DNA of 64,000 nucleotides from a virus, in the IMG/VR virus record IMGVR_UViG_3300032053_011398; one strand, written 5' to 3'. Positions 45,628-54,130 of this stretch are shown one piece after another. Both the position numbers and the translations under genes were made by a program. The stretch's first letter is position 1; each line of letters starts with the position of its first letter. Below the pieces are notes generated by a model. The model was not told where the DNA came from and did no database searches. It worked only from the letters and a program-made list of their open reading frames with translations.

Positions 45628-46758
45628 ATGAACGAACGCATCAAAACCCTCACCGACTTTCTGGAGAAGACTTTTCCCCAGGCTTTTCACGCCGCCCACC
45701 CGCGCAACGTCACCCCGCCGCCCGGCTACACCAATCCGCGCTACTACGCAGCCTCGATGGTCGGCAATCTGATGGTGGTGCGTGATCCAGCCATGAACCA
45801 GTTGCCGCACCTGACAGCCTACATGACCACGCTGGCGCTCATGGCCAACAAGATGCCCACTTATTTCATCGCCTACGAGTTTTGCCTGGCCGTGGCCAAC
45901 ACCGACCTGCCGCTCGACTTCAAATTCGCCGAGATCAAGTGGCCGCTCAACGCGCAGCTCTTTGTGCTGCCCGACCAGTTCGTCGCGCAGTATTTCGGCT
46001 GCCACGCCCCATTCATCGCCGTGACCCGCTGCCCGGCTGGCAAATACCCCGATGTCCTCAAGGTGCCCTCCGTTGAGATTCCCTACACCCCAATGAATAA
46101 CCATGCGGACAAACTGGCCGTCGATTACCCCGTCTATCACGGCATGAATACGCCCATCGACTACAACGGCAACTACCCGATGAGCATGGGCATCGAAGTC
46201 TTCAAGAGCGCGGCCTGGGTGGATTCGACGATCTACGAGGAGGAATACCATGGTTTCACCTACAAGGCCAGCGGGAACGAACTGGCCGGTGACGCGGAGA
46301 AAATCTACGTGAACAAGATGCTCATGTTCGCCATGAAACTCCTCATGGCAGTCTCCTGCCGCCCAGGGCTGGTCGAACACGGCCAATGCACACGGCTCAT
46401 GAAGATCAAGAAGGGCCGCGTTGCCCACCGCGATATGTGGTCGCCCAACGTCATTGGCCGTAGCTACAAGATTCCGCGCCAGGGCATCATTACAACCGGC
46501 AGCACCGGGCCGCGCAGCAAGCCCCGATTCACTTTCCGGCGCGGCCACTATACCTGGCAAGCGAAGCGTTTCAAGGATGTGGAGTTCGTCTCCGTGGAAG
46601 CCATGCCCCACAAGGAAGATGGCACTATCGACTTCGACACCGCTGGCACCCCGCTGGCTGACAAGTTCCGCACCGTTCACGAGCGCCTGTGGATCGAGGG
46701 CATTCTCCTTGGGGATGGAGCAGATAGCCCTAGCAATTCCTGTGCCACACCGTCTTAA
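45628..46758 (+). CDS. Hypothetical early protein with C-terminal RRGH motif
   Basis: Long ORF with strong codon bias. PRFTFRRGHY...LWIEG. Confidence 0.7.
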   Translation: MNERIKTLTDFLEKTFPQAFHAAHPRNVTPPPGYTNPRYYAASMVGNLMVVRDPAMNQLPHLTAYMTTLALMANKMPTYFIAYEFCLAVANTDLPLDFKFAEIKWPLNAQLFVLPDQFVAQYFGCHAPFIAVTRCPAGKYPDVLKVPSVEIPYTPMNNHADKLAVDYPVYHGMNTPIDYNGNYPMSMGIEVFKSAAWVDSTIYEEEYHGFTYKASGNELAGDAEKIYVNKMLMFAMKLLMAVSCRPGLVEHGQCTRLMKIKKGRVAHRDMWSPNVIGRSYKIPRQGIITTGSTGPRSKPRFTFRRGHYTWQAKRFKDVEFVSVEAMPHKEDGTIDFDTAGTPLADKFRTVHERLWIEGILLGDGADSPSNSCATPS

Positions 46759-46798
46759 TCGCATAAACTTTTATTCGATTAAAAGGATACGAACTCTA

Positions 46799-46827
46799 TT
46801 GACACTGGGCTGAAGATCGTTTACTTT
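46799..46827 (+). promoter_or_regulatory. Sigma70-type early promoter
   Basis: TTGACA-N17-TACTTT, with a leader hairpin GGTTGAGC-GTGAT-GCTCAACC at 46841-46861. Confidence 0.75.
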
Positions 46828-46899
46828 ATCGCGTAACGATGGTTGAGCGTGATGCTCAACCGAAGAATGAAAGACGAAAACAACGAACGAATAGAGATT

Positions 46900-47670
46900 A
46901 TGAACGAATCAAAATTGATGCTCCACTGCGGCGGTCAGCTCGCAACCCGCGAACAAATCGCCGAAGTCGTGACTCCAAGTCCCACCCGAAGCTGGCAGCC
47001 CGTGCCACATATCCGCCTCATCGACGAGGTTGAGGCATCTCTCGAAACCTTCCAGATGCGCGTCGTGGCCTCGGCCTTCGCGCTCGCCAAAGAAGGCACC
47101 CGGTTCTTCGGTCTTATGCAGGTTGCCCTGGCCGACCGCGAAGAGAAGGACTACGGCTACGTCGTCAGCCTCCGCAACGCCCACGATAAAGCTTGGCAGA
47201 TCATGATGGGCGTCGGCTTGAATGCCTTTGTGTGCGACAACCTCTCGTTCTCAGCCGAAATCCAGGTGCTCCGCAAGCACACCAACCGCGTGCTCCTCGA
47301 CCTCCCCAACCTCGTTGGCCGCGCCACTGGCCAGCTCGCCGAACGCTGGAACGACCAGGGCACCCGCATCGAGGCTTACAAGACCCATGAGCTGACCGAC
47401 AGTCAGGCCAATGACCTCATCGTTCGCGCCTATGAAGGCGGCGTAGCCCCGATCACCATCCTGCCGGAAGTCATCACCGAGTGGCGCACGCCGAGTCACC
47501 CGGAGTTCGCCGAGAGCAAGAACGTGTGGCGGCTGTTCAACGCCTTCACTCAGGGTCTCAAAGGCAATCTGTGGGCGCTCCCGAAGCGCACCCAGGCCCT
47601 CCACGCGCTGATGGATGGACAGGTCGGCCTCCTGGCCCGCCAGACGGCGATGACGATCAGCGCCAACTAA
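46900..47670 (+). CDS. DUF932/DUF945-family protein
   Basis: LMLHCGG, SWQPVPH, LRNAHDK, AFVCDNLSFS, RKHT and WRLFNAFT. Confidence 0.75.
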   Translation: MNESKLMLHCGGQLATREQIAEVVTPSPTRSWQPVPHIRLIDEVEASLETFQMRVVASAFALAKEGTRFFGLMQVALADREEKDYGYVVSLRNAHDKAWQIMMGVGLNAFVCDNLSFSAEIQVLRKHTNRVLLDLPNLVGRATGQLAERWNDQGTRIEAYKTHELTDSQANDLIVRAYEGGVAPITILPEVITEWRTPSHPEFAESKNVWRLFNAFTQGLKGNLWALPKRTQALHALMDGQVGLLARQTAMTISAN

Positions 47671-47715
47671 CCCCGCACCCCAACGGGGGCCGGGAGTCCG
47701 GCCCCCAATAAACGT

Positions 47716-48099
47716 ATGCTCGACCCAATCCCCACGTTCGCTGTGCAGGCCATCATTAACGGGTGCGACGCCACGGTCATCAACGACCTCGCCCGCGTCC
47801 TGCGCGAGCCGATGTCCTGGCAGTCCGGGTCACCGGAACCCATGCCGAAGAACACGCGCATGTGGGAGGCCAACGTAGGCGATTGGCAACTCGTTCTGGT
47901 GGACTTCGACATCTCCGAGCAGGAGGGCCGCAAGCCCGGCGACCGGGGCCAGAACGTGAGCATGAGCAACAAAAAAGCGGACCTCATTCTTATGTCTGAC
48001 GGGATCATGCAGCACGAGGTCGCCCGCTGGCTTTTTGAACGTATGGATCAATATGGCGGCGGCAAGTCGGGCGCAGCCTGGAAAGTCAAACCAAACTGA
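47716..48099 (+). CDS. Hypothetical early protein
   Basis: 127-aa ORF in the early operon. Confidence 0.6.
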   Translation: MLDPIPTFAVQAIINGCDATVINDLARVLREPMSWQSGSPEPMPKNTRMWEANVGDWQLVLVDFDISEQEGRKPGDRGQNVSMSNKKADLILMSDGIMQHEVARWLFERMDQYGGGKSGAAWKVKPN

Positions 48100-48101
48100 G
48101 T

Positions 48102-48329
48102 ATGGACGCAACAATCAAAACCCCGAAGAACCTCCAAGCCGTCCTGGATTGGTGCGACGCGCACCGCCCTGACCTCAAGCCGGTCATCGAGCATGAGCGC
48201 AACAACGAAGGGTTCATCCTGCTGATGTCGGTCGGCTTTGAGGCTGGCCGACAGTTTCAGGCGAGCAACCCCGTTGACGGCGATGGAAAGACCCTTCCCC
48301 TCAACCAACCTCACCTTTACTGGGAGTGA
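48102..48329 (+). CDS. Hypothetical early protein
   Basis: 75-aa ORF in the early operon. Confidence 0.55.
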   Translation: MDATIKTPKNLQAVLDWCDAHRPDLKPVIEHERNNEGFILLMSVGFEAGRQFQASNPVDGDGKTLPLNQPHLYWE

Positions 48330-48332
48330 ATT

Positions 48333-48659
48333 ATGATAGATGCCATTATTATCATTTGGATAGTCGTCAGTCTAATCAATTGGGCGATGAAAAATGAATC
48401 CGACATCTTCACCTTCATCTGTGTTTGGCTGTTGGGCGGCACACCCATGGCGCTCATCGGTGTCGGGATTCTCAGCATCGTTCTATTCGGAGTTGATCGG
48501 TCGCCCACGGATGGCGGTGTTCTCACGATGCTTATTATTTCGCTAATTATTGGCCTGTTCGTTGCAGCCGCAATGACGACCGACGCTTCCAAGGATCGGA
48601 AAGACGAGCCGCCAGTCGAAAAGACTCCCGCCCCGCCAGTCGAAAAGCCGCGCCAATAA
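48333..48659 (+). CDS. Small membrane protein (~3 TM helices)
   Basis: Three hydrophobic stretches and a charged PPVEK-repeat tail. Confidence 0.6.
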   Translation: MIDAIIIIWIVVSLINWAMKNESDIFTFICVWLLGGTPMALIGVGILSIVLFGVDRSPTDGGVLTMLIISLIIGLFVAAAMTTDASKDRKDEPPVEKTPAPPVEKPRQ

Positions 48660-48804
48660 TCGTTCTTCAATCCTGATTGACTGCATATCCAGAACTTAAA
48701 GCAGCGCATACTCTCTGTCAACATTTCTTTCCTAACAAGGTTGGGTTATTTTAAATGCTCAATAGAGGTGCATTAGATAGGTGAATGTCATCAGGTGTAG
48801 CCAA

Positions 48805-48833
48805 TAAAAAACCCCCATTTTCATGGGGGTTTT
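48805..48833 (-). terminator. Rho-independent terminator after major capsid gene (possibly bidirectional)
   Basis: AAAACCCCCAT-TTTC-ATGGGGGTTTT hairpin with A/T tracts on both sides. Confidence 0.8.
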
Positions 48834-48855
48834 CGAGATTGTCGGTTAGCCTCGC

Positions 48856-50310
48856 TTAACCGATTACGCTGCCAAAAGTTGTGGGGCTGTTGACAACGAG
48901 GCCACGGCAAAACATTTTCGAGTTAATCATTTTGCGTGCGAACGAAGTTGCGAACCCGCGCTGGTGGATGAAGTCCGGGAGCACCACGTCGGGCGTGGTG
49001 TAGAGCTTCTGGTATTCCGCCAGCACATATCCCGTCGTGAGGAACTGGTCGCCCTTGTGCCCGACCAGCCACTCGTTGACCGGAAAGTGCGGGTCAGCGA
49101 AGACCTTCTTGTTGCCGAGGTCACCCAGGTAGGTGACGCCCTGCATCTGCGTCCGGGCGTTGCGAGCCACGAACTGGGGCAGCGTGGCAACGACCGTTGC
49201 AGCCTGAAGACCGAGGAGCAGCCAGTTTCCGGCGACCATGTTCGTGGCCCCGAAGATGAAGTTGCTCGCCGTCTCGAAGGCGTCGATGATGGAGAACTTG
49301 TGGGTCTGGTAGTTCACCGAGGGCGGGGCCACGGCGTCCCATACCACGAAGCCAGCGTCGGCACGCGCCCGGAGGTCGAAGATCACCTGGCGGTGCTTTT
49401 GATAGGTCAACGCATTCGTCAGGGCGTTGAGCAGGACGCTCTCCGCCTTGATGTTATACATCGCCTGGAGGTTTTGGTCGGCTTCTTCGGACCACAGAGT
49501 CTTGAGCTTCATCACCTTCGCCGTAACCGGCGTGGAGCTGAGCTTCATCTCGTAGTCCTGGATGTTCAGGTTGCCTTCGGCGTTGAACGCATAGGTCACG
49601 CTGTAGGCTGCCGTTGCCCCCACACCCGTAACGGTGATGGCACCTGTGACGTAGTTGATCGTGCCGCCAGCGATAGTGCCGACCGGCAAGATACTGCCGT
49701 TGCTGTCGTCGGTGGTGACATCAGAACCAACGGTCACCGTCAAGGTGCCCGCACGGATCGGATACCACTCCAACTGACCGGCATTGCCGGACAGCACGCC
49801 CGACTCGTCCTGGACGAGTTCGTCACCGTCGTCATCGCGGTCAACCGCGCCTTGCAGGGCACGCCACATGGGGGCGCCCGCAGGGGTGCGGCCTTTCCGG
49901 CGACCGGTCACAATGTCCATGTAAACGATCTGGCTCACCGGCCCGGCCATAGGCTGAAGCGCGACGAGCTGGTCGATCACATCGTTCTCCGACATGTTCG
50001 CAATGATGGGGAAAATCCACTTGTCGAACGTGCCCAGGGACGTGGTGCGCGTCACTTCGTCCAGTTGGCCGAAGCGGCTGCGGCAGTTTTCGAGCATGAT
50101 CGCCGTATAGGCCCGTTTGTGTTCGGGCATGTGGGCGACGAACTCCTTCCAGCCTTTGGCTTCCCAAAGGCCCTTGGGATTTTTGTCGGTAATTCCGACC
50201 GGCGTTTCGGCCAACTTATAGCCCCATTCCAGCGTCTCCGTGAAACGGGCGATATGACCGCCGTTGGTCGCCAGCATCGGCCTACCGGTTAGTGCATCTT
50301 GTATAACCAT
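48856..50310 (-). CDS. Major capsid protein (T4 gp23-like)
   Basis: TAIMLEN, LVALQPMAGPVSQIVYM, VTAKVMKLKTLWSEEADQNL and RGFATSFARKMIN. Confidence 0.92.
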   Translation of the reverse strand: MVIQDALTGRPMLATNGGHIARFTETLEWGYKLAETPVGITDKNPKGLWEAKGWKEFVAHMPEHKRAYTAIMLENCRSRFGQLDEVTRTTSLGTFDKWIFPIIANMSENDVIDQLVALQPMAGPVSQIVYMDIVTGRRKGRTPAGAPMWRALQGAVDRDDDGDELVQDESGVLSGNAGQLEWYPIRAGTLTVTVGSDVTTDDSNGSILPVGTIAGGTINYVTGAITVTGVGATAAYSVTYAFNAEGNLNIQDYEMKLSSTPVTAKVMKLKTLWSEEADQNLQAMYNIKAESVLLNALTNALTYQKHRQVIFDLRARADAGFVVWDAVAPPSVNYQTHKFSIIDAFETASNFIFGATNMVAGNWLLLGLQAATVVATLPQFVARNARTQMQGVTYLGDLGNKKVFADPHFPVNEWLVGHKGDQFLTTGYVLAEYQKLYTTPDVVLPDFIHQRGFATSFARKMINSKMFCRGLVVNSPTTFGSVIG

Positions 50311-50364
50311 AGGTTTCGATTTTCTCTTTGTTATTTACTGTTCCGGCTAGTCGGCTGACAACCA

Positions 50365-52014
50365 TCAGCCGTTCACGCTCGCCTTCGACAGCCGCGTCAC
50401 CATTCCAATGGCTTCGTTAAGGCCGCGAGGATCGGTCGGCGTTGCACTGATGATCGTTAACCCTTCGGTAACCGGGGCCTTGGGGCTACCTTCGGCTGGC
50501 GGAGCCGCAGGTTTCTTTCCCTCCGTCACGGACGGAGCCGCCGCCCCTGACTTTTTGGTCTCATCGACCTTGCCAGCGGGTGGATTGGTTTTGCCTTCGC
50601 AAAGGGCGCGGATGGCAACCAGGTCACGAGGCTTGGTCGCTTCCTTGAGCGCCTTCTGGATTTCGGGCGTCTGAGCCTTCTCGGCGAACTCCAGTTGGAT
50701 GACGCGCCTGCCCATCTCAGTCACGTCCGCCTTATACTTCGAGGCGAGCTGCTGGAGGGCTTCGGACGCCATCATGAAGCGGCGGCGATACTTGGCCGAC
50801 TCGGCTTCATTGACCTTGGCCAGTTGACGCCAGGCTTGGCCGCGCTCCACGACTTCGTTGAGCAGGGCCGATTGACGACCGACCTGTTTGATGGACTCGC
50901 CGAGCTTGTTCTTGAAGGTCAGGCCCGTCTGCGCGACAGCCTTGATGACCTGCATGAGCTTGGTGTTGTCCTCGTTCAGCTTCGAGGCCCGTTTGCCGGG
51001 CGCGAGCTGCGCTTCCTGCCAGGTGTTCTCAATGGATTTGATCTCGTCATGAAGTTGCTGGCCATTCCAGGAACGCTTCGCGTCCTCGGCAACAAAATTG
51101 GCAACCTCCTGATGGAGCGCACCCAGTTGAGACATCCCTTCGGCAAACCGCTGCGGGCCGAGCTTGGAAGGTTCCAAACCCCGGAACGTAGCAATCGTCG
51201 TTTTGATTTCGTTCAGGTTCATAGCTTTTTCTTGGGATGATTCCGTTGTTTTCACCGGAGTTGACGCCCCGGATGTTGGAGCCTGAGAACCCCGCTCAGC
51301 TTCCAAAGTGGTTTGTTGCAGTGGGACAGCCGGGGCCGCAGGAGCAACTGGCGCTGTCGTCTCGGAAATAGGCGCAACACCTGAAGACGGCAAAGCAGCC
51401 TTTTTCTCGGCTGCCTCGGCGGTAACTGCCTCGCGTTGTGGCTTCATCTCGGCAGTCTCGAAGGACGGCTTCATCACAATGTCCGCGCCTTCGCACACGT
51501 AATCTTCTTGGACATCATCCGCGCCATCTGAGGCGCGAACCAAGGAGCCGAACCCACGGGTCGAAACCAAAGGATTGTAATTGGTGGTCTCGACAAGGGT
51601 CTTGATGCGGTCGCCATCTGGGAAGCCAGGGCCAGAGAGGACTTGAATTTCGCCCACAACCTCCCATATCTCCTTGCCCTTTTCATCGGTGCCTTTTTGA
51701 AGCTTGGCCTCGGTGAGCAGGTGGGAAATGGGGGAGCGCCAGTTAACCGCGCCATCAGTCGGGTGCTCCAAGAGGCCGAACGCGGCACTCTTGCCGATGG
51801 ACTGCATGAGCACGGAGCCAGGCTCCAAATTCTTCTCCCAAACACGCTTGCCGTAGCGCCGACCATTGCCGTTGAGCGTGTCGCACAGGCTAATGCGGCC
51901 AGGCATCCGCGTCCGGCTGCCCCCGTTGGGGAGGCTTTCGGTGATGATCTTGTTCCGATCAACAATGAAAGGGACGGCCCCTTTCAAGCCTTCAGCAAGG
52001 TATTGTCGTGCCAT
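50365..52014 (-). CDS. Prohead protease (gp21-like) fused to coiled-coil scaffold
   Basis: NGNGRRY, FGLLEHP, ISH, VSTRGFGS and DIVMKPS, followed by a linker and coiled coil. Confidence 0.85.
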   Translation of the reverse strand: MARQYLAEGLKGAVPFIVDRNKIITESLPNGGSRTRMPGRISLCDTLNGNGRRYGKRVWEKNLEPGSVLMQSIGKSAAFGLLEHPTDGAVNWRSPISHLLTEAKLQKGTDEKGKEIWEVVGEIQVLSGPGFPDGDRIKTLVETTNYNPLVSTRGFGSLVRASDGADDVQEDYVCEGADIVMKPSFETAEMKPQREAVTAEAAEKKAALPSSGVAPISETTAPVAPAAPAVPLQQTTLEAERGSQAPTSGASTPVKTTESSQEKAMNLNEIKTTIATFRGLEPSKLGPQRFAEGMSQLGALHQEVANFVAEDAKRSWNGQQLHDEIKSIENTWQEAQLAPGKRASKLNEDNTKLMQVIKAVAQTGLTFKNKLGESIKQVGRQSALLNEVVERGQAWRQLAKVNEAESAKYRRRFMMASEALQQLASKYKADVTEMGRRVIQLEFAEKAQTPEIQKALKEATKPRDLVAIRALCEGKTNPPAGKVDETKKSGAAAPSVTEGKKPAAPPAEGSPKAPVTEGLTIISATPTDPRGLNEAIGMVTRLSKASVNG

Positions 52015-52016
52015 GA

Positions 52017-52045
52017 TTACATGTAGTCTGCAAAACTACATGTAA
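52017..52045. promoter_or_regulatory. 11-bp inverted repeat abutting the protease start codon
   Basis: TTACATGTAGT-N7-ACTACATGTAA. Confidence 0.55.
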
Positions 52046-52164
52046 CCACAAACGGGCGCAGTTGAAGTTGTAAATGTCAACGACTTGCACCTAAGCCGAT
52101 TGAAAACTAATTTGAAACTGCTAATATCCTTGATGTGGAAATTCCATGCTGTAATGTGGAATTT

Positions 52165-52686
52165 ATGAAAACCTGCAAGCGGTGTAGCCGGTCAAAGGAT
52201 GAGTCGGAATTTTATCCGAATCACGCCCTAAACGGTAAAATCTACCTTCAGCCGATCTGCAAAGAGTGCTCCAAGGCAGCGGCTAGAGCCTGGCAGAAAT
52301 CCAATCCAACCCGGCATAAAAAAGCTTATGAGATTAGATTTGCGAAAGACCCTGATAGCATTCGTAAACAAAAACTAAAATCACAGACAGAAAGATGCCG
52401 CAGATTGAAACTGGCTTCTTTTGCGCACTATAGCAGTAACCCACCAAAATGCGCATGTTGCGGGGAAACTCTGCTCGAATTTTTAACGATGGACCATGCT
52501 AATGGCGGCGGCAACAAACATCGTAAAAGCATTGGCCTCGGCAGGAGCATTCACGAGTGGTTACGCAAAAACAGCTATCCTGAAGGATTTAGAGTATTGT
52601 GCTATAACTGCAACTGTTCCATCGGCCACTACGGCTATTGTCCGCACCAAATCAGTCAATTTTCGGCTGTAATAACGGCTCTTTGA
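52165..52686 (+). CDS. HNH endonuclease (second family)
   Basis: KTCKRC...ICKEC, then CACCGE...LTMDHANGGG...RVLCYNCN. Confidence 0.85.
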   Translation: MKTCKRCSRSKDESEFYPNHALNGKIYLQPICKECSKAAARAWQKSNPTRHKKAYEIRFAKDPDSIRKQKLKSQTERCRRLKLASFAHYSSNPPKCACCGETLLEFLTMDHANGGGNKHRKSIGLGRSIHEWLRKNSYPEGFRVLCYNCNCSIGHYGYCPHQISQFSAVITAL

Positions 52687-52927
52687 CAGGCGGTTCCCTG
52701 TATCTTTCAATCTCGATGGCTCCCTTATAGAAGTTCCAAACGTGGTCAAGAGCTTTTTCAACTAGGATCATGTCGGCCCCACGCTCGCGGAACCATTCGA
52801 CGGTCTCGTCTGGGTCAAGTTCTTCGGTATGGACTGAACCGTCCGCCTTGGGGATGTGCAGGGTGAAAAAGTCAATGAACGGCTCCCGCTTTACAAGAAC
52901 CGTCAGGGATTTGCCAATCTCGCTCAC
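52652..52927 (-). CDS. Hypothetical protein
   Basis: 91 aa, coupled to the upstream gene. Confidence 0.55.
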   Translation of the reverse strand: MSEIGKSLTVLVKREPFIDFFTLHIPKADGSVHTEELDPDETVEWFRERGADMILVEKALDHVWNFYKGAIEIERYREPPVKEPLLQPKID

Positions 52928-53658
52928 ATGAAGCGCCGAAAGGCACTGTAAACCGTCTTGCCGTCGCCTTCTTTGTGGTCCGGCATGAGCGAAGTGCCGG
53001 GCTGGGCCGGAGTCAAAGCCTCAGCGACTTTGACCGTGATCTCAGCCGGATTCACGTTCATTGCCGCCACGACCGATTCGGCCATCGTTTCCAGCTCTTC
53101 CGGCGCGGGGTTCTGACGGCCCAGGATCGTGTCCATCGCCCCCCTGGCACCAGCCGACATGGTTTGATGGCCCATTTGCTGGGCGGCGGCAACGGATGGC
53201 GGAGGCGTTGGGCGCTCAATGGATTTCGGCGGGGCCGGAACCTGGGACGGGTCGATCTGCTTCATGACGTTGGGCGTCACGTCCGGCGCGACCAGGGCAG
53301 CGGTCGGCTGGATCAATTCCGCGCCATCGACGTTGGCCATGAACTGTGGTTCAGCCGGGCCTTCAGCCGAGGGTAAAGGGTCGTTACGGACGCCGGGGAT
53401 GGTCTCGCCGCCGAGCGTCGTATCAACCGGCTTCGCTTCGGAGGGGATGATCGACTCGTCATCGCTCTCGGTCATGCCGATGATGCTGGCCACGACCGAA
53501 CTTTGGCGGGCCTTGGCCCGGAGTTTGTCATCGTTTTTGTCCTTCGGCGGCTGGATGCGCAACGGCAATGGACGGCGGGGCTTACCGGCCAAGACCGGTG
53601 GAACGTCCCCACTTTCGGCCACTCTGCGGCCCAAGATTTGGTCAACAAGGTTGCTCAC
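52924..53658 (-). CDS. Pro-rich putative head protein
   Basis: Repeated DxILGR and VAE/MTE/MAE motifs. Confidence 0.55.
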   Translation of the reverse strand: MSNLVDQILGRRVAESGDVPPVLAGKPRRPLPLRIQPPKDKNDDKLRAKARQSSVVASIIGMTESDDESIIPSEAKPVDTTLGGETIPGVRNDPLPSAEGPAEPQFMANVDGAELIQPTAALVAPDVTPNVMKQIDPSQVPAPPKSIERPTPPPSVAAAQQMGHQTMSAGARGAMDTILGRQNPAPEELETMAESVVAAMNVNPAEITVKVAEALTPAQPGTSLMPDHKEGDGKTVYSAFRRFM

Positions 53659-54119
53659 CGTTCAACTCCAAGGATTTGCCGGATCGGACAGCCCTGGGCG
53701 TCCTGGGGCGACTCGACCGAGGCGGGTTCAGTGGTTGCGACACCTTCGCCAGGAGGGCCTTCCTCGGCCCCCAGGGATATGTCCTGACCTTCATACTCCC
53801 CCTGCTGCTTCAGCATGATGTCCGCCATCTTGGCAAGCTCTAAGGCCCCTTCCCGGCCAATGGCAAAGACTAACTTTACGGCAGTCTCATTGTCCATTAG
53901 CAGAAACCGTGCGGTCACGTCCGGGCGGTTGCCCTGTGACCACAGGTTGGCAAGCTCATCAATCTCAGCTTCGGGTGTCGCCTCAGAATTGGATGGCTCA
54001 GCTTTTGGCGCGGAAGACTCCGGCCCTGTGATCTTCTTGGCCTTGAACTTCTTTTCCTTCTCGTCAGTGTCAGGTTTGTCATCGGCCTCGCCGAGAATCA
54101 GCTTAATGATGTCAGCCAT
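53655..54119 (-). CDS. Acidic putative head protein
   Basis: IIKLILGE at the N-terminus and IRQILGVE at the C-terminus. GTAGTTA upstream (54128-54134). Confidence 0.55.
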   Translation of the reverse strand: MADIIKLILGEADDKPDTDEKEKKFKAKKITGPESSAPKAEPSNSEATPEAEIDELANLWSQGNRPDVTARFLLMDNETAVKLVFAIGREGALELAKMADIMLKQQGEYEGQDISLGAEEGPPGEGVATTEPASVESPQDAQGCPIRQILGVER

Positions 54120-54130
54120 ATACGCCCTAA

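Noticed and set aside
47685-47706. GC hairpin GGGGGCCGG-GAGT-CCGGCCCCC as a terminator
   Set aside because: No U-tract follows it and the next gene starts 10 nt later. It may be a processing or stability hairpin, but that is unsupported.
48660-48855. AT-rich intergenic gap as tRNA, ncRNA or origin
   Set aside because: No cloverleaf, iterons or recognisable structure is visible apart from the terminator.
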